A stretch of DNA of 55,985 bases from Gekko japonicus. Taxonomy: Eukaryota. The translations under genes and the position numbers were made by a program. Below, piece after piece: positions 10,909-22,091 of this stretch. The notes beneath the pieces were generated by a model that worked only from the letters and a program-made list of their open reading frames with translations, ran no database searches and was not told the DNA's origin. The stretch's first letter is position 1. The number at the start of each line of letters is the position of its first letter. The stretch covers positions 1,681,280 to 1,737,264 of the forward strand of contig NW_015163096.1 of assembly GCF_001447785.1 (NCBI RefSeq), given 5' to 3'.

Positions 10909-11540
10909 TTGGGGTTTGGAGTCTTCAGCATATATCAGCCTCCAGTGCTGCCGTCTTGGTTCTTGGCCATTATCCTGAGACCATGTTAAAGTGGCTAAGG
11001 ATAAACAATCTGAAGTTAAATCCAGATAGAACAGAGGTGATACTGGCTGGAAAAGCTGGTGTCCTGGAGGCATTCCATTAATTATGCTAGATAGGGTTCT
11101 ATGAAGGCTAGTAGAATCTGTAGGCCCTAGGACCCATCCTTATGTATGGGGAAAAACAGATCATGTTGCTGCTATGAATGCTCCTTTTCAGTTACATCTG
11201 GCACAGGGACTCTGTCCATCTGAACATAGTTGATCTGACCACATTGATTCATGGTACTGTAACCCTGAGACTAGATTAGTCTAATACAACCTATGTGGAG
11301 CTGCCTTTGAAGGCAACTTGGAAACTGCAGCTGGTCGAGAATGCAACAGCTTATCTACTGACAAAATGAGATCTGGGACTGTAAGGGAGAGAATCTTGCC
11401 TGTGGCAGTTCCCATCTTTGTGGAACTTGCTGCCAGATGAGCTAAGAGCTGCCTCTTCCCTTGTATAGTCTAGATGGCAGTGTAAATCAACACTGTTTAT
11501 GTGAGCTTTCACATGACTGTTATTTATTTATTTACTTCGT
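10909..11540 (+). mobile_element. Degenerate L2 LINE, right part to the 3' end
   Basis: Continues after the TSD; typical L2 3' motifs 'agactagattag' and 'ggaaactgcagctggt...gaatgc'; (TATT)n tail. Confidence 0.75.
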
Positions 11541-11547
11541 TTATACC

Positions 11548-11778
11548 TATGGTTGCCAGGTCCCCCCTGGCCACCAACGGGAGATGGGGGATAGGGTAGC
11601 CAGATCCAGGAAATTTGGGGATGGAGCCAGGGGACAACAGGAACTTCAATGGGGTACAGTGACATAGAGTCCACCCTCTGAAGTATCCATTTTCACTAGG
11701 GAAACTGATCTCTGTAGTCTACAGATGAGTTGTAATTCCAGGAAACCCCCAAGCCCCACCTGGAGGCTGGCATCCCTA
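11548..11778. mobile_element. hAT-type MITE (TAGGGTTGCCA family)
   Basis: Termini 'tatggttgcca' and 'tggcatcccta'; body is the reverse complement of the 32833 copy. Confidence 0.75.
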
Positions 11779-13489
11779 TTTACTATTCTCCCCAATGAGA
11801 ACCCAAGCAGATTAAAACATTCTCTCCTCAACATTCTTGTCACAGTGTGTTTTGATGATGATTTAATTAATGCCCATGTTTCAATTAGTTTTAGATTTTG
11901 GGGTACATTGGAAACTTCTTTAAGCATTGCAAAAAAGTGACTTCCATACTATAAAGCCCACCACAACATATTCTTTAAAAATGGGTGAGAGTTTTTCCAA
12001 AAATGTTTTTTTCCAACAGAAGAAATAAGAATTTAGAAACCACTTTCTAAAAAAACCCTGTGGAATGCTGTCACTTTTGAAATAGTATTTTAAAAGGTAC
12101 CTGGTTAAATATGACTTCTTTTGCAGAAAAGTTAACAAAGTAATGCAATTAGTAAAAATATTAAAGCAGCCCTCCGAAAGTTTTTATAAAGTATCCCTGA
12201 TCTAGACTGAGGACAGAAAGGCCCACCTTCATCAGTGTTTTCCTGCTATACCAACCCAAGAGGAAGCATATGGCAAACGGAGATATTAATGCAACTTAAT
12301 AATGTCTGAGTAATCTACTGAACTTGCCAAGGCACACCACCTACACTTGAATTAGTGTTCTAAATGAATAATGGATATAGGGGTTACCAAAGAGAAAGAC
12401 GAATTAATGCCAATCTGTATTTTTCTGATGCAGAAAAACAGACCAGATAAACAAACAAAACCACTATACTATGTATACTACTTTTAATTAAAGCAGTATG
12501 AATCATCCCACTACAGCTTAATCAAGCTGTTTTTTAATTGCATTTTCGATAAGGCCAACTCTTTCCTCCCTCTTGCTAATGCTTTCTAAGATTTTTTCAC
12601 AGTATCAAGAATTTGTCTATGCTGAAAAACTGATTGCAGCTAACTCATATATTACGGGTTTTAATTCTGTGTGAACCTCCAGAATCATTCCCACAACAAC
12701 GGATTATGGCCATAACAGTCAATTATATTATAACTAAAGACCTTCTCACATTAGTTCAGTTATCAGATTCCCAAGATTAGAAAAAAATTAAGATGCTGTT
12801 ATTGCTTTTACAGAGATTATGTTTGTTTTGTCTAAAGATCACATGACATTAATGTTTAAATGTTTGTGAAAAATATATATTTCCTCAAAAGATGCTTAGT
12901 AGAGCAAGAATAATTTATACTGCATAGAAATTGAGAACTAGATGTGGAGAAGCCATGGCTTGGAGTCCCAGGTTCAATCTCCAGCATGTACAAATTCAAA
13001 ATCTCCTTCTGTGCAAATAGTCATCTGAATTATGTTACATTTGAAGCCACAAAACGTAACATGTCTATAAATATATATTACAGTGATTAGTGGAGTTTAG
13101 AAATACACAAGAATACTTCTGTGTTCTTCCTCCATCATAATCTTCACAAAACTGTTAAAATTTCTAAAACAAATTCTCTCATAAAAACATTTCACCACTA
13201 TAAACAATAGCAGCTTTGCTAGTTCTCCATGTTGAAAATCTGAAAGCAGAATTAATGTCAGTAGTATATCATCATAGGCAACGTTACAGAGCTTTCCTAA
13301 AGTTGGTCAAAATTATAATTTGTACTAATAGCACCTCAACTGACATTGATACTTGATGGGCCTATAAATAAGAGGGTATTATTTACAGATCTTCAGGTTA
13401 CTCCCAAGAATCCTGTAACATATCCAGGCATACTATGGGCATGTCAAGTCAAACTACAGACAGTGATTTAAAATGGACAACTATGTTGT

Positions 13490-13960
13490 CCATTTTGAAA
13501 CAACTACATTGGCTATCAGTCTGTTTCCGAGTTCAATTCAGAATGCTGGTTATGACCTTTAAAGCCCTTCGTCAGTCAAATATATGAAGGGCAATCTCCT
13601 TCTACATGTTCCTGTGTACCAACTATGGTCATCAGGTAGATCTGTTGGCTCTCCCATCACTTAGAGTGGCCCATCTGGCATCCTTTTCTAGGCCTTTTCC
13701 ATCATGGCTCCCATTCTGTGGAATGTGCTTCCTGACGAAGTGAAGGGCCCCCTCCCTGGAGACCTTCAAGAGGCACTGCAAGGCCTGCCTGTTTGCCAGG
13801 GCTTATGAGGGGGTTTAAATGGCAGGAATCTTTTAAGGGGGGGGGATTTTGGGCTTGCTATCTTATCTTTGGTTTTAGCTGGTGATGTAAGCTGGTATTG
13901 TAAGCTGCCTTGAACCAAGAGAAAATGCAAGATATGATTTAATAAATAAAACAAATAAAT
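13490..13960 (+). mobile_element. L2 LINE 3' end relic
   Basis: 'ctacattggct...caattcagaatgctggttatgacctttaaagccct' is a typical L2 3' motif; A-rich tail. Confidence 0.75.
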
Positions 13961-14258
13961 CAAGTCTATCCCTACTAAATAGGGAATGGGTGGGTGTATA
14001 GGAAGAGAGACCCTTTTTTGTGCCCCCTGTACGGGATTTTTTTATTGCAGCTTCTATAAACTACAAAGAAACAAGGAAGAGTATACTACCAACTACAGGG
14101 GAAAGAAAAGAAAACCTCTAAAACCCAATGGTGGTCATTCACAATGCTTACAACATTGGCTTATAATACATTGGCTTATACTTGCTACCTTAAGTAAGTA
14201 CATAATTCTGTTTTGCTTATAATAGCATCTCCAGCAAAAATGACTAAAGAGAAATGCT

Positions 14259-15260
14259 TCAAAATAGTTTAAAATAGGATCTAGAGAAAATCATAACCCA
14301 TTTTTTCTCCTTTTTGTTTCTCAAACAATAGCTTAATTTAGGGGCTGCAACCTCCAGTTCAGAAACTGAGTCCTCATCGGAAGGTGCCAGTGCTCCTTCT
14401 TCTTCACTTCCCTTGCTGCTGCCATCTTCATCTTTATCCTTCTCCCCTGCTGGACCGGCATGTTGATGTAAAAATTTGCGTGCCTTTGCAACAGAGTCAA
14501 TTCTTTCTTTCTTGTCTTTAAATTTGAAGAGCATGCCTTCAGGGACAGCCCATATGTAGGGAATGTTATTTTGCTGTAAAAACAGTGCCGAGTCTCTGTA
14601 TTTCTTTTTCTTCTTCCTTATTTCAAATGGAACATCCTTCAAAACTTTTATTTCTTTGTCTTTGTTCTTCAGGTTGGCTCCATTTGTTGCTTTCAAAACT
14701 TGATCTTTTACTTGTCTCCTGAAGAATCTCACCACAATCTCGCCGGGCAGATTATTCTTTCTTATGAAGTCAGAATATGATCTATATATCATATCTACTT
14801 CATTTTGTAAAAACTCCGCTTTTAAATCTGCAACCGGACCCAGTAAATTGCACATAGTCTGTTTTAGATCTTCCCCTCTTGCTTCAGGGACCCCCTGAAA
14901 TCTTAAGATGTAGCTTGCTTTTTCCATTTGCAGCTGTAGTAGTTGCGCCTCCTCAGTTGCTTGCTTTTTTTCCATCCCCTGCATTTGCTTCTGCAGCTTT
15001 TGTGTGTTGGCATCCACTTCTTTAAGCTCTTGCTCCATTTTTTCTGTCTTCTTAGTAGTTTCATTTAGTTGGCTTTGTTGTGCATTGAATTTTGAATGGA
15101 ACGATGTCATTTGCTCCAGCAGAGGGCGCAGAGCCTCAGTCAGCATAGTTTGGAAATCTTTGGTAGTGTCCTGTCTAGGACCAGAGCTCGCTGGGCTGGC
15201 ATTTCCAGCAGAGAATTTCAGTTTCGATTGCTTGTCCTTCTCCTTCTTCTTCGGTGCCAT
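14259..15260 (-). CDS. L1 ORF1p-like RNA-binding protein (coiled coil, RRM, CTD)
   Basis: ATG start with basic N-terminus MAPKKKEK; heptad-rich segment; RRM-like 'ILRFQGVPE' and 'LPGEIVVRF'; CTD-like 'KVLKDVPFEIRKK...IPYIWAVPEGMLFKF'; acidic tail; no stops over 333 codons. Confidence 0.9.
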   Translation of the reverse strand: MAPKKKEKDKQSKLKFSAGNASPASSGPRQDTTKDFQTMLTEALRPLLEQMTSFHSKFNAQQSQLNETTKKTEKMEQELKEVDANTQKLQKQMQGMEKKQATEEAQLLQLQMEKASYILRFQGVPEARGEDLKQTMCNLLGPVADLKAEFLQNEVDMIYRSYSDFIRKNNLPGEIVVRFFRRQVKDQVLKATNGANLKNKDKEIKVLKDVPFEIRKKKKKYRDSALFLQQNNIPYIWAVPEGMLFKFKDKKERIDSVAKARKFLHQHAGPAGEKDKDEDGSSKGSEEEGALAPSDEDSVSELEVAAPKLSYCLRNKKEKKWVMIFSRSYFKLF

Positions 15261-15765
15261 GTTTGGGATTTGTTTACTTTTTAGAAATTGTTATCAAAGT
15301 CTCAAAATCCTTTAAATTCGCTTGGTAAGTTCTCAAAAGTTCTTTATTTTTAGTCCGCTCACTTTTTCATTCCCCCCCTTTAGTATCGTTTATCAGTCCG
15401 CTTTTCTTTCGTGGGGGAGTTCCCCCCCTCGTTCTATCAAGGGGAGGCTTTCAGGTTGCTTTCTGGTGTCTTTGCTTATACAAACACTCACTTTTCCGTG
15501 TAGATCTCGCTTTTCTCGATTAAATCCCCCAGCCACCAAGCACTTTCCTAGTGTGCTTTCCCATGTCCATTTCGGAAAACAGCAGCGGGACCATCGGGGC
15601 ATGGATTGCCTCCCCCCTTCACCAGCCATTTGCTGGAGGAAGGGCCCTCCTAGTGCCCCATGGCTATGGAGCCCATTGCAAGGGCTCCGGGGGGGGATGC
15701 ATAAGATTGCACCCCCTCCCATCCACCGATTCACTGTCCACGTCTCCCAGAGCTCCGAGAGATCG

Positions 15766-15798
15766 TGGCCGCCATTAGGAAGTCAAAACCGGAAGTCT
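15766..15798 (-). promoter_or_regulatory. L1 internal promoter 5' motifs (ETS-like and YY1-like)
   Basis: Minus strand begins AGACTTCCGGTTTTGACTTCCTAATGGCGGCC: ACTTCCGG (ETS/GABP-like) and AATGGCGG (YY1-like) directly inside the TSD. Confidence 0.65.
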
Positions 15799-15963
15799 GG
15801 AAGAGGGACCCTTGAAAAGGGAAGCAGATGGATGTGCCAGCAAGATATAAGGGAGTATAAACTGGGAGATTAAAGAGTCCAAGGACTGAGAGCAGGGTAT
15901 CTGTTGTGGGGAGGGTGCTATGAAACTCAGCTGCTCTGAAACTCCTCTGGGTAGTGAAGGGTG

Positions 15964-16172
15964 NNNNNNNNNNNNNNNNNNNNNNNNNNNNNNNNNNNNN
16001 NNNNNNNNNNNNNNNNNNNNNNNNNNNNNNNNNNNNNNNNNNNNNNNNNNNNNNNNNNNNNNNNNNNNNNNNNNNNNNNNNNNNNNNNNNNNNNNNNNNN
16101 NNNNNNNNNNNNNNNNNNNNNNNNNNNNNNNNNNNNNNNNNNNNNNNNNNNNNNNNNNNNNNNNNNNNNNNN
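15964..16172. other. Assembly gap
   Basis: Run of N. Confidence 1.
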
Positions 16173-16436
16173 ATGGAGGGAAGACATGATGTTGGAAGAG
16201 CCTGCAGCAGTGGTAAGGAGGGTGGTGGAGGAGGTAAAGGATGATCCAATTGCAATGGAGGGAGTTTTCCTGCTGTAGCACCAGCATGAGCACCAGGTTC
16301 TGACACATCAAATACATGGTCTAATTTTCTCTCTTTGCCAGGAAATATAGTAATTCATTCTAGATTAGGGAGCAAATGGCTACCCACCACTAATGGGATG
16401 GACCAAGCAATATCTTGCAAGTCCTAAGGACAGAAA

Positions 16437-16733
16437 GGAGGAGGAGGAGGAGGAGGAGGAGGAGGAGGAGGAAATTGGATTTATGCCTCACCCTTCACTA
16501 TCTGAAGGAGTCTCAGAGCAGCTTCTAATTCCCTTCCCCTTCCCACAACAGACACCCTGTGAGGTAGGTGGGGCTGAGAGAGCTCTCTCAAGAACTGCCA
16601 TTGAGAGAACAGCTCTTAAAGAACTTATGACTGACCCAAGGTCACACTAGCAGCTGCATGTGGAGGAGTGGGGAATCAAACCCAGCTCTCCCAGATTAGA
16701 GTCTGCGCTCTTAACCACTACACCAAACTGGCT
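16437..16733 (-). mobile_element. Squam3-type SINE with (GAG)n tail on the plus strand
   Basis: Reverse complement of the 3414 family; tRNA head 'cttaaccactacaccaaactggc'. Confidence 0.85.
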
Positions 16734-17585
16734 TGTGAAAAACTAATCAGGGAAGCCTAGAAGAAGTTTCCCACTGGCCATCCAATTTAATTCACTGGAT
16801 GCAAAAAGAATGGCTGATCTTCACCTCTGGGCTAGTCTATCCAGATATTTAAAAATTCCTTGAAGTAATTCAGTATAACTATCAAGAGAAAGATCCTATT
16901 GTCCAGGTGACAAGCAAATAAATACAGACCAAATTAGCACTTCCTAAAATAGAGGTTTTCTCTTGCACCCCCTTTGCTGTTCGAGTGTAACACAAATGTC
17001 TTAGAGAGTTCCCATTATTTTTGAATATGCCACACTTAAGACGTTTCCTTTGTTCTCCTTGGCAAAATGAACATTTGCTCTGGTCTCAAAAGGAGTAGTA
17101 TTCAGAGTCTCCAACTTCTTAGCCTATTCATTTCCTGAGACTAATCTGATGTAATCATCTTAATGTACGCCATCAGAAATGTAACAAGCAAAATGGAAGA
17201 AAAAGAGAATGATGGATAAAGAGACAAGAGGAACATCATACGAAACAGTCTCTATTAAAATATCTCACAGTACTTTCTTGCCCCCTAGCTTCATAACTAT
17301 TTCTATATAGACAGAACATCAAGTTCCTTCTTAGCAGACCAGACTTGGCAACATCATCACTGCAGATATCCACATTTGATTTTGTCTCAGCAAGAGTCAC
17401 ACATTCATCTGCCTCAAAGTCTCAGTAGGGGTGGAAGAATATGCTCATTTCTATTGTTTCCATGTGTTGGCATTGTGATCTCAGTCCCCTAATTTTTGTT
17501 GCAAACATTGATGATTTGTTTGTTTATGCATCTTTACACAAGTTATATAACATTTATACATACAACTATATCATGTATGCACATA

Positions 17586-17637
17586 ATCATCTTGAGAAAT
17601 ATCTTTTACAGATCATCTTGAGAAATATCTTTTACAG
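17586..17637. repeat. Perfect 26-bp tandem duplication
   Basis: ATCATCTTGAGAAATATCTTTTACAG twice in tandem. Confidence 0.95.
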
Positions 17638-17959
17638 GAAAAGTTCAGTGTGAAGAAAGGACTCACAGTCATTTAGCATAAAGGACAAGCAAAACTGAAA
17701 TGACAGTGTTTAAAGTGAATCAGCAAGCTTGTGAAATTCAACATCAACCTATTTCCGTACTTATTTGTAAAGCCTATACCTTTCTCAACAACCAGGCATA
17801 TGAGATAGCTGTTTCTTACATGGAGTTCTCCTTCAGCACAAATCCTAATATTTCCCTTCTTTTTGTGTTACTTCAAACAAAACACATATTGCCCTACTTC
17901 CCCCTAAAAGGGTTACAAGTTAACGGACTTGGTTGCCTAATTGCCAGTTGGTCACTACT

Positions 17960-18178
17960 TAGGGCTGCCAACCTCCAGGTGGGACCTAACCTTCTCACAG
18001 AATTACAACTGATCTCCATACTATAGAGATCAATTCCCCTGGAGAAAACGGCAGCTTTAGAGGGTAGAATCTATGGCACCACATCCATGCTGAGATCCAC
18101 CCCCTTCCCCAGATTCCAACCTCCCCTAGCCCCTCCGCAAATCTCCAGGAATCTTCCGGCCCACAGTTGGCCACCCTA
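17960..18178. mobile_element. hAT-type MITE (TAGGGTTGCCA family)
   Basis: Termini 'tagggctgcca' and 'tggccacccta'; body matches the 32833 copy. Confidence 0.8.
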
Positions 18179-18899
18179 TCACTTATTCTCCCCTTTGCAC
18201 CTTACAGAGTTACAAATTAGAGGCCAGCTGACACCATAGTCAATATGTGCCAAGTTCATCACACAGGTGCCCAAAGTAAGAAACTGTCAATATCTACCCC
18301 ACCCAGGCCACATCATTCACCCAAGCAGTCCCCTTTCCTGACTCACCAGCAGAGCAGTGATTCTTCTCTGGAAACCCAAAAGGCTTTAAAAGAAAAAAGG
18401 TCCTAGTTTGCAGGCCTGTGCCGACTCATCTAAGCCTAACAGAACAGTACACAGCAGTTTGGATAGATACAGTTTTATGTATCTGGCATCAGTGGAAGCT
18501 TTGAACAATAAGAAACAGACAGGAGCCAAATATGGTTGAATTTTAAATACTGACTGGAGAGTATCACAATGGTGGCCAAAACTGAATTAGCCATTCCCAC
18601 ATTCTATAACTCCAATTTCTTCTTGTCTAACGATGGCAGTAGCTACAAGTCTCTGCTGTATGGCAGCATTCCATTACACAGAAGCACCCTGTCATGTAGA
18701 TTTTTGTGTGTACAACTGAATATTCAGACCAGGGGAAAGCCATATTTTACCAGAAATGAAAAGGAAGGCCTTCTAGCATGAGTATTTCAATGGCATTCAA
18801 GAAACAGTTTAAGGAAGCAAATTGTGTGACAACAGAAATAAAGTTATTTCTCACACCTCTATCACCTTGCACGCTTTCAACAACTTTCTGCATATTAAC

Positions 18900-19237
18900 T
18901 AGGGTTGTCATGTGCCCACTGGGGGGGGGGTTTGAGATCTCCTGAGCAAGCCTTACTCACTGGCACTCCAGTGCCTACTGGGAGAAGGATTTTTTTTTAC
19001 AGCACTATTGGTGACAATGTGATGTCATATATGGGAAAACCCAGAAGAAACGTCAGTCCTCTCTAGGAATTGGCAGAAAATCCATGGTTTTACCAGAGTT
19101 TCTGGTGATTCCTAGAGAGGCATAAGATCAATTCCAGATTTTCCCAGAAGTGATGTCATGTTGTCACTGATGGCTGATCCCCCTGCCCACCTCCCCCCCA
19201 TGTCCTGCTGGTTTCCAAGCTAGGCCTGGCAACCCTA
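18900..19237. mobile_element. hAT-type MITE with internal palindrome
   Basis: Termini 'tagggttgtca' and 'tggcaacccta'; internal inverted arms 'cctctctaggaat...attcctagagagg'. Confidence 0.75.
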
Positions 19238-21914
19238 GTTCAGGCATTATGTCTTCATGGGACATCTGAATTTAACAGCATATATCTATACAACAAGAAA
19301 AAGAAATAAAGTTTCCACTATATTTCCAACACATCTATATATTCTTCAATCAACAACACTAAAAGTTTAAGGCTGCCATCACACACACTTTCCAATTGGA
19401 TTTTGACAGTTCACACAGTAAAATCCTGTTGGGAAGTTCACTGAAAGTGGATTGCAAGTGGATTATTTAGTGTGTGTGACCGCAGCTTCAGTGTGCTAAA
19501 GTCACTTTGATCCAGTTTGTAAGAGCAAGAGATTTTGCAGAAATACAGGAGTCGCTTTAAGCTCCATAAAACAGCATTCACACACAAAGATTTGTTCATC
19601 ATCCCTATATTAGCAATTTGCTGACCATTATGCAATAATTCCAGAGCACTTCTAATACAGCACTTGGAATCCAAGTACTGAGTGTCAGAAGCAGTGGGCA
19701 GGCAGATTTCATTTGCATATCTCAGTTGTGAGGCTTTTATGGAACCAATGTTGCATAGAGAGGTTTTATTGGGATTCTGGATACTTAGAGCAGGAAATTT
19801 CTCGCACTGTATTTTATATTCCCAAATGCATAAGCTATCATAAAAGGTATTTTGTCAATATTAATTCAGAAAAGGGTTATTAAATTGAGTCTCAAGAGTT
19901 GGCAGATTTTCTCCAACATACGACGGAACAAATTTATGTATATTGTTGTGCGTAACAGCAAAACTGTAGCCCCATTATTCTTAATAACAAAAGCTTTGTA
20001 ATTCACGTTTTCATCTAAAGATAATATCAACTAATCTTATAATCACTATGATTTAAAATGAAAGCTGCGTGAGATTAAAAAAAAACAGATGGGAACTGTA
20101 GGACAAAGAAAGACAATGCAGAATCTGGGGGTGGGGGGGACACCTAAACAGATGCAAGTTTAGGATAGGTGCTCTTGATAACAGTAATGACAACGACGGA
20201 TTCAGCAGATCAGAAAAACAACATATGGGACTCTGTTTCGGAATTAATTTCCTCTTTCTTTCTTTTTTTTAAATCTAAGGATCAGCTAAATTGGCAGATT
20301 TTTTCGCTGCATTTGCTTTACTTGCAGAAAGTTTTCATGTCTCAAAATAGCTTCAATAAAAGGCTGATTCTTGTTACTGTTCTCAGAGCAGGTAATCTCT
20401 CTGTAGTACTAATTCCTTCGGGATTTAGTTACCTTAGTAGTAAACAGGTATATATTTGCACAATACACATGAACGCAAACTTAAAATTGGCTGCTGGCAC
20501 TACAAATTAATATTTTTGAAGCAGGGTTGAAAGGTCTGTCCACAAAAAGCAATTGTGAGGCTGTCTGAAAAGTGAGTCAAGAGATAACCCTAACAGTAAT
20601 TACAGAAACAAAATATATAAAACCACATATCTCTCAAAGTTGGGAAGCTCAAGTTTTAAAACACAGCACTGGCAGCAGATAAGGAATACCAAATAGGCTA
20701 CTTTGCAACTACAAACACAGCCTACTGTGTTCACTGCAGATAAAAGAATGTTGTTTGCATCATGGGCAGGGCCTTGTACCCCATGATTCTGTATAGCAAA
20801 GCATTCTCCCCAGCTTGAGGCCAACAGCTTCACAAAGAAAAGAGTCATTCATGGTTTAAGATAAACACATTCTATTTGGACAAAGAAGTCGGGCCAGTCT
20901 TAAGATACCAGTAAAGATACATGTTTCCTCTCTTTAACATCTTTATGGAAGTTTTCTAGGGGCGGAGATCTAAACTACTTATGAGGTGCATCTGTTTTGA
21001 TTCATCTGGTGTCTGCATTGGAACTCCACCTCCAAATAAATCCTGTGGTGCAGGCTTCAAAAGATTTATCAAATGTGAGGAGCTTCACTTAGAGATACAT
21101 GGGACTAAATTATAAAGGAAGAGGTTCATCTGTAGCCAGTGTACAAAACAATCCACACTGTACATCTTCATCCTCATTTTATTTTCTTGTTCATTAAAAA
21201 AGTCACTGTGATTAAATTTTAAAAGATTAATTAGATTAATGAACTTTGAACACTAAACTATGCCCTAAATCCCTTGGTATTTGCATTCCAACAGTCTGGA
21301 ATTCTGTATAGAAAGAACAACTGACAGGGAAGGATATGCTTGGGGAATGCAACGGCAGCAGTGGCAACACTTTGCCCTTTCAGGTCATTACTGATTGTGC
21401 AGACGCAGTCTATGGTGGCAACAAGTCTAGAACTAGCCAGATGGACTTTCACGTCCCTGGGCATCTCAGCCATGGGGAAGAAGGGGTGGAACTTGGGCAC
21501 TGCTCTAAGCATGCCAACAGCAATGTAACAGGGCAAAAGGAGGCGCTCTGGCTGTTGGCGAAGGCATGGCAGAACAGATAGGAGGAAAGACAATTAAAGC
21601 TAGTTCCCAAGGGAGAAAAGACCTACTCAAGGGCAAAGGCCTCCATGCAAGAAAAGACCTACTCAAAAGTAGGCATTAGGCAGCAGGAACTGGGCGGGTC
21701 CAGGAGAAGGACAAAAAGGGTATACCTAAAGGGAGGTAGGGGGGAAGGAAGAACCTGGCTGGGACCTGCTAGGAACCAGGAAGGAGAGTAGCGAACTTGG
21801 CCTGAGCTCTCTACAGTGGGCAGAGACACAGAGCTCCCTGCCACTGGGAAAGTGGCATTCCTGGTCAAGAGGCCATGATTACCACTGGGCCAGACCTGGG
21901 TGGACTAGCTACAG

Positions 21915-22091
21915 TAGGCTTGCCAAGTCCCCCCGGGCCTCTATGGTTTTCCCTCAGATGGTCGTAGCCCCGCCCCAGCATGCCCAGCGTCGTCACGTCA
22001 CTTTTGGGTGATGTGCGCGCGGTGCGCGCACGCGCTCCAGACCCTGGGCGGGAGTCCCCCACTCCGGAGGAATTTACACTTGGCAACCCTA
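21915..22091. mobile_element. hAT MITE
   Basis: TIR 'taggcttgccaag...cttggcaacccta'; perfect 8-bp TSD AGCTACAG (21907-21914, 22092-22099). Confidence 0.9.

Larger units (their letters stand above)
14016..15798 (-). mobile_element. Complete ORF1-only L1 unit (half-L1/HAL1-like)
   Basis: 15-bp TSD GGAAGAG(A/G)GACCCTT (14001-14015, 15799-15813); ~540-bp 5'UTR, ORF1, ~240-bp 3'UTR, AATAAA (14041-14046) and short A-tail; no ORF2 sequence. Confidence 0.85.

Noticed and set aside
8608-15260. ORF2 (plus) and ORF1 (minus) facing each other as a split two-gene L1 system
   Set aside because: Each has its own TSD and different 3'UTR, they are separated by older L2 and unique DNA, and the ORF2 lacks a promoter, true start and endonuclease.
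15322-16317. Several 100-190-aa ORFs
   Set aside because: Antisense or UTR frames of the GC-rich L1 5'UTR, or artefacts of reading through N gaps.
19484-19498. 15-nt match (GTGTGACCGCAGCTT) to the right TIR of the 52486 MITE
   Set aside because: No partner TIR or internal similarity; probably chance.
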